32,000 nucleotides of DNA from Archaeoglobus fulgidus DSM 4304 (GCF_000008665.1 NC_000917.1:750001-782000); one strand, 5' to 3'; positions 15,548-24,881 are shown, counted from the first letter of the stretch. The notes: generated by a model not told the origin, from the letters alone. Translations and numbers: made by a program.

Positions 15548-16846
15548 ATGGAAAGACCCATACTTCAGGTCGCCCTCGACCTCCTCGAGCTTAAAAGGGC
15601 GATTGAAATTGCGGGGGAGGCAATAGAGGGTGGGGCGGACTGGCTCGAGGCTGGAACGCCTTTAATCAAAAGCGAGGGGATGAACGCGATAAGGGAGCTC
15701 AAGAAACACTACAGGGGACACAAGGTCCTAGCAGACATGAAGACTATCGATACGGGAGCGATTGAGGTGGAGATGGCAGCAAAGAGCGGTGCTGACATTG
15801 TAATCATCCTCGCGTTGTCTGATGATGACACAATCGCCGAGGCGATAAGGGCCGCAAGGAAGTACGGCTGCGAGGTTATGGCTGACCTCATTAATGTCCC
15901 TGACCCTGCCAGCAGGGCGAAGGAGGTCGAGGAGCTCGGTGTTGATTACCTTAACGTTCACGTCGGTATCGACCAGCAGATGAAAGGGCTGGACCCGCTT
16001 GAGGTTTTGAAGGACGTTGTTGACAGTGTTTCCATTCCCGTCGCTGCTGCAGGAGGTCTGGATGCTGAAAGAGCCGCAGCATGCGTTTCCATGGGGGCGA
16101 GCATAGTCATAGTGGGAAGCAACATCGTGAAATCAAGGAACGTGACGGAGTCTGCCAGAAAAGTGAGGGAGGCTATTGACAGGGCGGCTGAAAAAGGTGG
16201 TGTGGAGGTAAGGAGAAAGAGCCTCGACGAGGAGATAAGGGAGCTGCTGATGCGAGTCTCTACACCCAATGTGAGCGATGCTATGCACAGAGCTAAAGCC
16301 ATGGACGGCGTTTATCCGCTTGTAAGGGGAAAGAAGATTGTAGGAAAGGCTGTTACCGTAAGCACGATGGATGGTGACTGGGCCAAGCCGGTTGAGGCTA
16401 TAAACGTTGCTGGAGAGGGAGATGTGCTGGTCATCAAGGTTTCAGGCGATACTGCGGCGGTATGGGGAGAGCTTGCCACGAGGAGCTGCATAAACAGGAA
16501 GATTGCGGGTGTAATAATCGATGGAGCTGTCAGAGATGTGGATGACATAAGGGAGCTTGGATTTCCGCTTTTCGCCAGAAAGGAGGTTCCCAACGCAGGT
16601 GAGCCAAAGGGATTCGGGGAGATTAATGTCAAGGTTATCTGCGGCGGCGTTGAGGTAAACCCCGGAGACTGGATTATAGCGGACGACAACGGTGTTATGG
16701 TGATTCCGAAGCGGAGGGCTTACGAGATCGCGAGAAGGGCAATGGAGGTCAAGAAGTCTGAGGACAGGATAAGGGGGGAGATAGAGGAGAAGGGCAGGAC
16801 GCTCGCGGACGTGGTGGAGCTATACAAGTGGGAGAAGGTTCAGTGA
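15548..16846 (+). CDS. Fusion protein: 3-hexulose-6-phosphate synthase (HPS, OMPDC-fold) N-terminal half plus RraA/HMG-CHA-aldolase-like C-terminal half
   Basis: 432 aa. Residues ~1-215 are HPS-like (LQVALDL, EAGTPLI, ADMKTID, VHVGIDQQ, AAGGL). Residues ~235-432 carry the RraA-family signature WGELATRSCINRKIAGVIIDGAVRDVDDI and GDWIIADDNGVMVIP. Confidence 0.8.
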   Translation: MERPILQVALDLLELKRAIEIAGEAIEGGADWLEAGTPLIKSEGMNAIRELKKHYRGHKVLADMKTIDTGAIEVEMAAKSGADIVIILALSDDDTIAEAIRAARKYGCEVMADLINVPDPASRAKEVEELGVDYLNVHVGIDQQMKGLDPLEVLKDVVDSVSIPVAAAGGLDAERAAACVSMGASIVIVGSNIVKSRNVTESARKVREAIDRAAEKGGVEVRRKSLDEEIRELLMRVSTPNVSDAMHRAKAMDGVYPLVRGKKIVGKAVTVSTMDGDWAKPVEAINVAGEGDVLVIKVSGDTAAVWGELATRSCINRKIAGVIIDGAVRDVDDIRELGFPLFARKEVPNAGEPKGFGEINVKVICGGVEVNPGDWIIADDNGVMVIPKRRAYEIARRAMEVKKSEDRIRGEIEEKGRTLADVVELYKWEKVQ

Positions 16847-16944
16847 TGCGGGGGGAGGGATTCGAACCCTCGAACCCCTACGGGAGTGGATTTCTCCCCA
16901 TCAGGTCTTGAGTCCACCGCCTTTGGCCACTCGGCAACCCCCGC
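16847..16944 (-). tRNA. tRNA-Leu (anticodon CAA) with a 15-nt intron at canonical position 37/38
   Basis: Minus-strand read: GCGGGGG TT GCC GAGTGGCCAAA GGC G GTGGA CTCAAG[ACCTGATGGGGAGAA]A TCCAC, then a long variable arm TCCCGTAGGGGTTC, then GAGGG TTCGAAT CCCTC CCCCCGC A. Acceptor, anticodon and T stems pair perfectly once the 15 nt are removed. No encoded CCA. Anticodon at 16910..16908. Confidence 0.9.
16892..16906 (-). other. tRNA-Leu intron (15 nt; boundaries ambiguous by 1 nt because of a flanking A)
   Basis: The anticodon-stem 3' strand TCCAC is displaced 15 nt from the loop CTCAAGA. Intron GAG can pair with loop CTC, as expected for a bulge-helix-bulge substrate. Confidence 0.8.
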
Positions 16945-16998
16945 TCAGGCAAGCTTAGTGAACTTCAGCTTATCAACTTTATGCTTCGGAAGAAATTT

Positions 16999-17005
16999 AA
17001 AAAAA
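16999..17005 (-). terminator. T7 tract immediately after the rtcB stop (archaeal oligo-T terminator candidate)
   Basis: Minus strand reads TAA TTTTTTT AAATTTC. The same A/T tract could also serve as a promoter element for the downstream tRNA. Confidence 0.35.
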
Positions 17006-18448
17006 TTACCCTTTAGCAACGCCTAAGGGCCTCAGCCTCGCCACAAGCTTTGAAATGCCCGCTCTGTGGACTACATCGACAACATCGTCGCTGAGCTTGT
17101 ATGCCTCAGGCGCTTCCTCAGCCAGCAAAGCTCCGTGCGTCGCTCTGACATAAATTCCCTTTCTTTCGAGATTCTGCTTCACAACGTTGCCCCTCAGCTT
17201 TCTTTTTGCAGCAGCCCTGCTCATAACCCTCCCGCTGCCGTGGCAGGTTGAGCCGAAAGTCTCTTCCATGGCCTTCTCCGTCCCGACGAGGATGTAGCTC
17301 GGCGTTCCCATGCTGCCCGGAATGAGGACAGGCTGTCCAACATCCCTGTAGTCCTCCGGAACCTCCTTCAGTCCCGGCCCGAAAGCTCTTGTAGCTCCCT
17401 TCCTGTGGACGCAGAGCTTCATCTTCTTGCCATCAACCCTGTGCTCCTCGAACTTCGCTATGTTGTGGGCCACATCATAAACAAGCTCCATGCCCAAGTC
17501 ATCCTCGCTCATCCCCATTACCTTCTGGAAGGTCTCTCTCACCCAGTGGGCGATAATCTGCCTGTTGCACCATGCGTAGTTGGCAGATGCAGCCATGCCT
17601 GCGAAGTAATCCTGCCCCTCTTTGCTGTTTATCGGGGCGCATGCAAGCTGCCTGTCTGGCAGCTTTATTCCATACTTTTTAACAGCTCTGTCGAGAACCT
17701 CAAGGAAGTCTGTGCAGACCTGATGTCCCAGCCCCCTGCTTCCGCAGTGTATCATCACCGTAACCATTCCCTCCTCGATTCCGAACTTTGCCGCAACCTT
17801 CTCATCAAAGACCTTATCAACATACTGAACCTCAAGGAAGTGGTTTCCGCTGCCGAGAGTGCCGAGCTGTGGCCTTCCTCTGTCCCTCGCCTTCTTGCTC
17901 ACAACCTCTGGCCTCGCTCCCTCCAAAGCTCCCTCCTCCTCGCAGTGCTTCAAGTCCCTCTCGTATCCGTAGCCGTTCTCAACAGCCCATCTCGCGCCTT
18001 CAACAAAAATCTCGTCAAGCTCTCTATCACTTACCCTCAGCCTACCCTCGCTGCCCACTCCCGAAGGCACAGCAACGAATAGCTCGTCTATCAGCTTTTT
18101 GATTAGCGGTTTGACATCCTCAACATTCAAATTGCTCCTCAAAAGCCTTACACCGCAGTTTATGTCAAAGCCCACTCCTCCGGGTGAGACCACTCCCTCG
18201 TTAACATCAAACCCGGCAACCCCACCGATGGGGAAGCCGTAGCCAACGTGAACATCTGGCATGACGAGCGATGCCACCTGTATTCCGGGCATTGTCGCAA
18301 CGTTTGCAGCCTGCTCAACCGCATCCTTTTCAAGAATTTGCATCAGCTTCCTGCTTATGTAAAAGTAAGCGGGAACCCTCATTCCAGGCTTGTAACTCTT
18401 CGGTAGTTCCCACTTGTAATCCGTAATCTTCTTCAAAATGCCCTCCAT
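17006..18448 (-). CDS. rtcB: RNA-splicing ligase RtcB (3'-phosphate/5'-hydroxyl RNA ligase)
   Basis: About 480 aa, no intein. Diagnostic metal/GTP-site motifs [30 protein letters not shown] and the C-terminal HGSG. The track start at 18454 is GTG; the ATG at 18448 (MEGILKK) is 2 nt after the upstream stop. Confidence 0.95.
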   Translation of the reverse strand: MEGILKKITDYKWELPKSYKPGMRVPAYFYISRKLMQILEKDAVEQAANVATMPGIQVASLVMPDVHVGYGFPIGGVAGFDVNEGVVSPGGVGFDINCGVRLLRSNLNVEDVKPLIKKLIDELFVAVPSGVGSEGRLRVSDRELDEIFVEGARWAVENGYGYERDLKHCEEEGALEGARPEVVSKKARDRGRPQLGTLGSGNHFLEVQYVDKVFDEKVAAKFGIEEGMVTVMIHCGSRGLGHQVCTDFLEVLDRAVKKYGIKLPDRQLACAPINSKEGQDYFAGMAASANYAWCNRQIIAHWVRETFQKVMGMSEDDLGMELVYDVAHNIAKFEEHRVDGKKMKLCVHRKGATRAFGPGLKEVPEDYRDVGQPVLIPGSMGTPSYILVGTEKAMEETFGSTCHGSGRVMSRAAAKRKLRGNVVKQNLERKGIYVRATHGALLAEEAPEAYKLSDDVVDVVHRAGISKLVARLRPLGVAKG

Positions 18449-18450
18449 GT

Positions 18451-19335
18451 TCACCCATTGGGGAAACTGTTTAAAGTTTTACTCCTCCTTCTGTAAAGCT
18501 CAACCCACCAGCACGTCGTGATAGGCATTACAGCAACCCAGCCGAGAATAACTGCAACCAGCGTCCCCGCCAAAGTCCCCCAGAATCCGAAGAATCTGAA
18601 GGGGTAAGCTGCTACCTGGAGAGCCATACCCGCAAGCCCGACAAGAAGCCACATAATTATCGTATCCACCAAGTTGTGCCTCAGAACCATAACTCCCCTC
18701 CTTATCCCCGAAAGCGTCCCCTTCAGGTCGATTACAATGGCGTACGGTACGAAGGTGAAGAGAAACTGAATCGTGATTGCGAAGATGCCCAAGAATGCGC
18801 TCCAAATCATGAAGGAAATAACGTAATATAGAGCCGCCTCCTTGGTGAGCATGTGAATGTTCCTGAAGAAATCCAGTCCAAGATTGATTAGAGGGATGAA
18901 GGCGATGCCAATCAATAGCGTAAGAATAAGCTCGAATTTGAACAGAGGAACGAAGAGGGATTTCGCGTGGTGAAACGCTGTAGAGAGTATGGCCTTGCCC
19001 TCAAGAGCGTCGTAGCAAAGCTTAATCCACCAGGCTTTAAACAGCGCAGCAAGAGCCGCTACAATAACCAGCCCGAAAACAAAGGTCACGCCCAGCAGCT
19101 CAATATTACCGAGGCACCTCTTTAAAAACTCCCCGAACATCTGCTTGAAGGCCTCATCGCCAAAATCTCCTGAAAGAATCGCTGCAGGAAGCTCTGGCAT
19201 TATGGCGTAGATTGCCGAAAGCAGAGTGGCGATTGAAACGGCAATCACTGATAGCCCGTGAAGCACAAACGGAACCGCCGTTACCGGATTTCTCCTCCAG
19301 GCCTCCCATCCTGCACGTAGTATGTCGCTCTCCAT
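18451..19335 (-). CDS. Polytopic membrane protein of unknown function (about 7 TM)
   Basis: Strongly hydrophobic segments throughout. I prefer the ATG at 19335 ([13 protein letters not shown]...), 1 nt after the upstream stop, over the track start at 19404. Confidence 0.6.
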   Translation of the reverse strand: MESDILRAGWEAWRRNPVTAVPFVLHGLSVIAVSIATLLSAIYAIMPELPAAILSGDFGDEAFKQMFGEFLKRCLGNIELLGVTFVFGLVIVAALAALFKAWWIKLCYDALEGKAILSTAFHHAKSLFVPLFKFELILTLLIGIAFIPLINLGLDFFRNIHMLTKEAALYYVISFMIWSAFLGIFAITIQFLFTFVPYAIVIDLKGTLSGIRRGVMVLRHNLVDTIIMWLLVGLAGMALQVAAYPFRFFGFWGTLAGTLVAVILGWVAVMPITTCWWVELYRRRSKTLNSFPNG

Positions 19336-19336
19336 T

Positions 19337-19717
19337 TCAGACACCGAAAAACTCCCTAACGTGACGTCTTGTGAGGTAGTAAAGGATTGCTCCCAAAACC
19401 ACAATCCCCACCACTCCCTTTGGGAGTGAAAGCAGCGATGATATCAGACCGAATGCCGTGAAAATCACAGCCAACCACCAACCCCAGCCCCTGCCCTTCC
19501 AAAGCCCATAGGCGGTTATGAGCCAGACGGTGCCGGTAATCGAGAAAAAGATTCCGCTGAACGCAAAAAACAGCTCAGCGTAAGGTATTTCTCCCAATTG
19601 AGTTGTAGAGGCGACTTGTGCAAGGTATCCGGATACCGCTGCTGCTAGAAAGAAAAATACAGCCGCCAAGACATACAGAATCGCCAAAACAGTTACACCG
19701 GTTGGCCTCTCCAACAA
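19337..19717 (-). CDS. Small 4-TM membrane protein of unknown function
   Basis: 126 aa with four hydrophobic helices and a [13 protein letters not shown] motif. TTG start (uncertain), 6 nt after the hydrolase stop. Confidence 0.5.
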
Positions 19718-19723
19718 ACCACC

Positions 19724-20524
19724 TCAGGCTCTGATAAGCATCGCCGAAAACGTGTGTATGAACTCCTCCAAAACCCTGTTAACGATTTCAGGCTGCTCAA
19801 GCATCACGCAGTGTCCGGCATCGGGAACGATCACCATCTTTGAATTCTTTATCAGCCTCGAAAGCTCCTCCGACTTGCTTACGGGGAGCAGTGCGTCCTC
19901 CTTTCCGACAACTATCAGCGTCGGTTTCTCTATTTCTCTCGCAATGTCCCTTAAATCCACTGTAGTCAGAGTCCAGAGAGTGTTAAGGGCTGCATGTTTG
20001 GGAGTGTTTTCCAGTGCCTCCTTCAGCCCCCAATCCCTCAGCTCTCCAGCCTTTCTCCCGAAGGCCATGTTTGCTATGATTCTTGCGGAGATTCCGTAAG
20101 CCAATGTAGCGAAAAGCCTTCCAATTGGGTAGCCGTAGCGGTGCAGGGACTGGATTCTCGCACCACCCCCTATCAAAACAAGCGCTTCAACCCTCCCAGG
20201 ATGCTCCACGCAGTACCTCATCGAAATCATTGTTCCGAAGGAGTGCCCAACGAGCACGAATCTGTCAAAACTCGCATCCTTAACCGCGGCATGCAAGTCG
20301 GAAACGAAGTTATCGAACTCGTAAAAGCTCCTGTTGAAGGGCTTGTCCGACTTTCCGTGTCCTCTGTTGTCGATGAAAAGCATTCTGTGTTTGCCTTTGA
20401 AGTACTCCCTCTGCTCCCTCCAGAAATTCATGTTGGCGGTCCATCCGTGAACGAAAACGATTGCCGGCTCTCCTCCATCCTCAACCTCGTAGTAAATTTT
20501 AACACCGTTGTCAGCATACGGCAT
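19724..20524 (-). CDS. Alpha/beta-fold hydrolase (esterase/lipase or C-C hydrolase class)
   Basis: 266 aa. HGW oxyanion region (VFVHGWT), nucleophile elbow GHSFG, and a C-terminal DAGH catalytic His context. Confidence 0.8.
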   Translation of the reverse strand: MPYADNGVKIYYEVEDGGEPAIVFVHGWTANMNFWREQREYFKGKHRMLFIDNRGHGKSDKPFNRSFYEFDNFVSDLHAAVKDASFDRFVLVGHSFGTMISMRYCVEHPGRVEALVLIGGGARIQSLHRYGYPIGRLFATLAYGISARIIANMAFGRKAGELRDWGLKEALENTPKHAALNTLWTLTTVDLRDIAREIEKPTLIVVGKEDALLPVSKSEELSRLIKNSKMVIVPDAGHCVMLEQPEIVNRVLEEFIHTFSAMLIRA

Positions 20525-20575
20525 GATGCAAGTTGATAATTATCTTTAAAAATTTTTCCCCACAGCTAAAATTTT

Positions 20576-22054
20576 TCACACCTTAAGCTTTTTCGATATT
20601 TCAAGCAGCCTCTTCCACCTTCTGTACTTCTCCGATAAATCCAAAGAGGGTTCGAAAACTTTATCGAAGGGCATGCAGAAGTCCTTTTTCCACTTGCCCA
20701 AAGCCCTCCCAGCAACGAGGTGCGCCCCGAAAGAAGTTCCCGAAAGCACTGCCCCCCTCTCAACTTTCAAGCCTGTAACGTCGGCAATTCTCTGCAGGAA
20801 GAAGTCGTTGGAGGACATCTCTCCGTCGCATCTGATTCTGTCAGTTTCGTAGGGAAACTCCTTCCGCATAATCTCGACGATTTCGGCTATTCTGAAGGCT
20901 ATGGATTCGAGCAGGGCTTTCACTATATCCTCCCTCGTCATGGCGTTGGATATCCCGTAAAGCAAGCCGGGAACCGAGACGTAGTGGGGAGTTGCGAGGC
21001 CGGTGAAGGAGGGGATGAGCAGCATGTCGTCATTCTTCGACCTGAAGGCCATTTCTGAAGTTTTAGAAACATCATCGTAGATGCCGATTTCCTTCAGCTT
21101 CTCCACGGCAGAACCGCTGTAGAAGAGCATCCCCTCCATCATGTATCTCATTTCCGACTTCAGCTTCCACGCTATGAGGGGAAGCAAACCTCCGGGAGAG
21201 GCTTGGGGCTCTTCTCCAACATTGAGGTCGACGAAGGTTCCGGTTCCGTTGGTGGCCTTGATGTCTCCCTCCTCCCAGCATCCGAGGGCGTAGAGGGAGG
21301 CGGATTGGTCGGCGATGACTCCAGTGACTGGCACATTTCTGTACTCTCCAAAGATTCTGTCGCTTTCGAGGGTTTTCGGAAGCATTTCCTCATCTGCTCC
21401 AACAATTTTTAGAATGGGCTCGCTCCACCGCAGGTAGTAGGAGTCGTAGAGGCCTGTAGCAGCAGCATTGGAGTAATCTGTAAGATGCTCACCTGTCAGC
21501 CTGTATACAAGCCAGCTGTCAACGGTTCCAGCTTTCAGATCATACTTCTCCTTTTTCTCTCCAAGCTCCCTCAGCATCCAGCAGAGCTTCACGCTGGTGT
21601 GGTTGGGGCGGATTGAGAGGCGGGAGAGTGTGATGAGCCACTTAACCCTTCTCTTGTTTTTCAGCGTTGGAAGCAGCTTCACCACCCCTCTCGCAATCAT
21701 TCCAGCAGTCCTTGCCATCCTGATGGTAGAGTCTCTGTTCATCTCCTCAGCAAGAGCGTTGGCCCTCATGTCCTGCCATCCAAGGGCATTGAAGACTGGC
21801 CTGCCCGTTTTACCATCCCACAGAACTGCGGTGGTTCGCTGGTTGGTTATGGCAATTACCTCAACACCATACTCGTCAATGGCTGTGTCAGCGAAGCTCA
21901 CACACTTCCTCGCTAAATCCTCTGCATCGATCTCAACCCATCCCGGCTTTGGATTGTGCTTGACAACCGGCTCCTTTTTGATCGCTACAAGTTTATCCTC
22001 ATCGTAAACGGCAAGCTTTATCGTTGTTGTTCCCGCATCGATTACCCCAATCAT
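20576..22054 (-). CDS. glpK: Glycerol kinase (FGGY family)
   Basis: 492 aa. N-terminal IDAGTTT, ITNQRTT, and the C-terminal FGGY domain. ATGA overlap with the upstream gene. Confidence 0.92.
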   Translation of the reverse strand: MIGVIDAGTTTIKLAVYDEDKLVAIKKEPVVKHNPKPGWVEIDAEDLARKCVSFADTAIDEYGVEVIAITNQRTTAVLWDGKTGRPVFNALGWQDMRANALAEEMNRDSTIRMARTAGMIARGVVKLLPTLKNKRRVKWLITLSRLSIRPNHTSVKLCWMLRELGEKKEKYDLKAGTVDSWLVYRLTGEHLTDYSNAAATGLYDSYYLRWSEPILKIVGADEEMLPKTLESDRIFGEYRNVPVTGVIADQSASLYALGCWEEGDIKATNGTGTFVDLNVGEEPQASPGGLLPLIAWKLKSEMRYMMEGMLFYSGSAVEKLKEIGIYDDVSKTSEMAFRSKNDDMLLIPSFTGLATPHYVSVPGLLYGISNAMTREDIVKALLESIAFRIAEIVEIMRKEFPYETDRIRCDGEMSSNDFFLQRIADVTGLKVERGAVLSGTSFGAHLVAGRALGKWKKDFCMPFDKVFEPSLDLSEKYRRWKRLLEISKKLKV

Positions 22055-23037
22055 AGGCCCTCAGCTATAATCTCAACAATATCCTTTGCCTTCAGCGCCA
22101 TCCTGCACGAGGGGCAGAGAGTCACGATTTGATGCTCAAAGTGCTCCATCCTCCTCTCCGCAACTTTTTCCGCCATTTCTGGTACGACAAATCTGTAAAC
22201 CCCGCCGTAACCGCAGCAGTGCGTGTCTTTACCATTGAACACCGGCTCGTGGACAACAAAGCCCATCTCTGCGAGCAGCCTTCTTGGTTCCTCAACAATG
22301 TCCAGCTTCCTTGCAAGAATGCATGGGTCGTGGTAGGACACATCCCCGCCAATCTTTACGGGCTTGAGAACAGCCAGAAGGTGGGCAGCCTTTATTCCGT
22401 TCTCCCTCATTACGTGAACGCAGTGCGGACAGTTGCTGATAACCCCCTCATACTTCGCTGCAGCATCCTTGAGACTTGAAATCTTCCCCCTGAACTTATC
22501 AACCAAGCCGAGTTCGTAGTAGGGCATTCCGCAGCATTCGAGGTTTTTAACGGCAAAATCAACGCCGAGCTTCTCCAGAACCTCAACTGTTACGTCGAAG
22601 AGACCACTCTCAAAGGTGCTGCAGCCGGGGAAGTATAGGATTTTCCCGTCTCTTGGCTCAACCTCCACTTTTCTCATGGACTTCTCAAACCTCTCTATGG
22701 CCTTCATAGCCCTCTCCCCTCCCCTGTAACCCCTGAGATTGTCGTTCACGCTTATATCCATGGGACAGGCATTTTTGCAGGCATCACACGGAAGGCAGTG
22801 GTAAATGGCCTCTTCCGTTTCACCGAGGTAGGCGAGCCTCGATTTCACGGAAGGTGAGACGGTCAGCCTTCTTTCAGCGTCAAATACTGGACAGACATGG
22901 AGGCACATGTTCGGGCAGAGCATGCACTTCGTCACGTCATCAGACTTGCCGAGCTTTGGAACCACCTTTGCCAGCCTCATTTTCGTCTTCAGGTCGGTGT
23001 TGGCCAGAATTCTCGTTATGACCTTCGGATTTATCAC
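22051..23037 (-). CDS. Iron-sulfur CCG-domain oxidoreductase subunit (GlpC / GlcF / HdrD-like)
   Basis: Two ferredoxin-type clusters (CMLCPNMCLHVCP and CLPCDACKNACP) followed by two cysteine-rich CCG motifs (ECCGMP, HCCGYGG). The track start at 23214 overlaps the upstream gene by 181 nt. An in-frame GTG at 23037 forms a GTGA overlap with its stop, giving 328 aa. Confidence 0.75.
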   Translation of the reverse strand: MINPKVITRILANTDLKTKMRLAKVVPKLGKSDDVTKCMLCPNMCLHVCPVFDAERRLTVSPSVKSRLAYLGETEEAIYHCLPCDACKNACPMDISVNDNLRGYRGGERAMKAIERFEKSMRKVEVEPRDGKILYFPGCSTFESGLFDVTVEVLEKLGVDFAVKNLECCGMPYYELGLVDKFRGKISSLKDAAAKYEGVISNCPHCVHVMRENGIKAAHLLAVLKPVKIGGDVSYHDPCILARKLDIVEEPRRLLAEMGFVVHEPVFNGKDTHCCGYGGVYRFVVPEMAEKVAERRMEHFEHQIVTLCPSCRMALKAKDIVEIIAEGL

Positions 23038-24377
23038 AGCATCACCCCCCTGTTGAGGATGTTCCTCCTGTCCAGAACGCTCTTCAGGTCTCTCAGCAGA
23101 GGATAGTATCCCCCAATCTCTGCCGAAAGCCACCTCTTCCTCAACCTCCCCACGCCGTGGTGGTGCGTCAGATTCCCACCGTTCTTCAGCGAAGCCTCGA
23201 TGGCCCTCCTCCATACTTCAAAGTAGTAGCTCTCTATGTCTGCCGGCAAACCGGCAAAGGTGAAGTAGAAGCACAAACCGCTCTCGTAGAAGTGCGATGC
23301 GTGGGCTGAGGCTGTGACTGTTCCCTCAACGCTCCTTATGGCCTTCAAAACCTCTGAGTAAACTCTCTCCGCATCCTTCCAGAAGCACGCAACCTCTATG
23401 GTGTCGAAGATGAAGCCGAGGGGGACGATTCGGCTTATATCCGAAACGTCGAACCTCTTCTCAAGCCACTTCTCCGCCCTTCCCTCAACCAACCTTCCCC
23501 TAACGAGATTTCTGGCCTCCTTCAGCTTTGCAGACGCAGCCCTTCCCTCGAAAACCGCTATCAGAGTGAAGCTTTCCGAGTCGAAGTACCTCAGACTCTC
23601 CTCATCGTCGAAAATTCTCATGAGAGCTGGTCTTAGCTGCATCAAAGCCTTTGCATCCCTCACAGCCTCACCAATACCATCGTATTCGACTGAGAGCGTT
23701 AGAAACTCTTCCGGCAATGGAAAAATCTTCATTACCGCTTCGGTAACAACACCGAGCAGCCCCTCGCTTCCCACAAAAATTTTCTTTAAATCGGGCCCAG
23801 CCCTTCTGGGAGTTGCCCTCTCCGTAACCACTTCACCATCCGGGAGAACAGCCGTTAGGGAGACAAGAAGGTTCTCGATGTTGCCGTAGCCAGTTGAGAA
23901 CTGCCCGCTCGCTGCCGTAGCAACCCAGCCGCCAACGGTCGAGCAGTAGAGGCTCTGGGGAGAGTGGCGGAGCGTGAAGCCCCGATGGTTCAGAATCTTC
24001 TCCAGCCTTCCCCCAACAACCCCAGCTCCCGCTCTAACAACCATGTTCTCCTCATCAATCTCTATCTGGTCGAGGGAGAGCGTGGAGAGAGCTATTCCCC
24101 CCTCGTAGGGAGTTGCTGCATCTATAACCCCGCTCCCACCGCCGAAAACGTACACAGGTATGCCGTAGGTGTTTGCGACCTTGAGAATGACTGAAACCTC
24201 CTCAGTGCTCTTCGGGAAAACAACAGCGTCAGGCATTGCAGAAAACTCTCGCCTGAGCAGCTTGGGAAGGTGAAGGGGATTGTAGTCCTTGCAGTAGGCA
24301 ATTCTGTCCTCCATGTTTGTGGAGACCGCTATCCCAGCAGCCCTGATTTCCTCAAGAGCTTTTTCGATGGCTATCAC
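23034..24377 (-). CDS. FAD-linked oxidase (PCMH-type FAD-binding), closest in motifs to alkyl-dihydroxyacetonephosphate synthase (ADPS)-like members of the GlcD family
   Basis: 447 aa. FAD-binding VVFPKSTEEV...GGGSG. STVGGWVATAASGQFSTGYGNIE and the C-terminal GGNLTHHHGVGRLRKRW resemble the ADPS signatures (STVGGW..T.ASG; HHHGVGKLRK) rather than the GlcD EHGIG type. GTG start overlapping the ybjQ stop. Confidence 0.8.
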   Translation of the reverse strand: MIAIEKALEEIRAAGIAVSTNMEDRIAYCKDYNPLHLPKLLRREFSAMPDAVVFPKSTEEVSVILKVANTYGIPVYVFGGGSGVIDAATPYEGGIALSTLSLDQIEIDEENMVVRAGAGVVGGRLEKILNHRGFTLRHSPQSLYCSTVGGWVATAASGQFSTGYGNIENLLVSLTAVLPDGEVVTERATPRRAGPDLKKIFVGSEGLLGVVTEAVMKIFPLPEEFLTLSVEYDGIGEAVRDAKALMQLRPALMRIFDDEESLRYFDSESFTLIAVFEGRAASAKLKEARNLVRGRLVEGRAEKWLEKRFDVSDISRIVPLGFIFDTIEVACFWKDAERVYSEVLKAIRSVEGTVTASAHASHFYESGLCFYFTFAGLPADIESYYFEVWRRAIEASLKNGGNLTHHHGVGRLRKRWLSAEIGGYYPLLRDLKSVLDRRNILNRGVML

Positions 24378-24700
24378 CTCAGCCTCACAGCCGTTCCGTA
24401 GGCGAGAAGTTCAGCAGCTCCAGCCATTGTTTGTGAAGTTGTGAATCGAACGTTTACCACTGCATCAGCGCCGAGCTTTTTGGCCTCCTTAATCATCCTG
24501 TTCAGAGCCTCCATCCTTGCATCCCTCAGCATTTCCGTGTACTCCTCTATCTCCCCTCCAACTATGTTCTTCAGACCCGCCAGAATGTCCTTACCGACAT
24601 GCTTCGCCCTGACTGTGTTTCCGAAAACCACTCCCAGAATCTCAGCAACCTCACGCTGCGGAACTGTTTCGGTTGTTGTAATTATTATCTCCTTCTCCAT
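24374..24700 (-). CDS. YbjQ/UPF0145 family protein
   Basis: About 108 aa. A typical UPF0145 sequence (ITTTETVPGREV-like start, GGEI..Y..ML..AR..A..RM...A..LGA.AV...RF). The ATG at 24700 shares its A with the upstream small-ORF stop. Confidence 0.8.
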   Translation of the reverse strand: MEKEIIITTTETVPQREVAEILGVVFGNTVRAKHVGKDILAGLKNIVGGEIEEYTEMLRDARMEALNRMIKEAKKLGADAVVNVRFTTSQTMAGAAELLAYGTAVRLR

Positions 24701-24861
24701 CAACTCACCCCCTCGATTTTCTTTTCTCTTCCTCCAAACAGTATGAGCGCGATTCCAACAACAATCAGTATTGTGTCGAAGACCAGAAGGACGGGAAAGA
24801 GGATTTCAAGTGCCAGCCCTGCTGCAATGAAAGCGATGCCCCACTTGTGGTGACTCTCCAT
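24700..24861 (-). CDS. Unlisted 53-aa two-helix membrane micro-protein
   Basis: Hand translation: MESHHKWGIAFIAAGLALEILFPVLLVFDTILIVVGIALILFGGREKKIEGVS-stop. It is below the track's size cut-off. It fills the gap between gpsA and ybjQ exactly and ends in a TGATG overlap with ybjQ. Confidence 0.4.
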   Translation of the reverse strand: MESHHKWGIAFIAAGLALEILFPVLLVFDTILIVVGIALILFGGREKKIEGVS

Positions 24862-24881
24862 GTTGAGCCTTCAATAATGAT

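Noticed and set aside
17405-18082. 225-aa plus-strand ORF inside rtcB (and 25315..25896 inside gpsA, 1079..1654 inside acd)
   Set aside because: These are antisense shadows of strongly supported genes, with no independent start context or motifs.
23038-23214. 59-codon N-terminal extension of the CCG Fe-S subunit (track start 23214)
   Set aside because: It lies entirely inside the 3' end of the FAD-oxidase gene in another frame. It is Glu/Arg-rich filler, and the GTG at 23037 gives the same GTGA coupling seen elsewhere in the operon.
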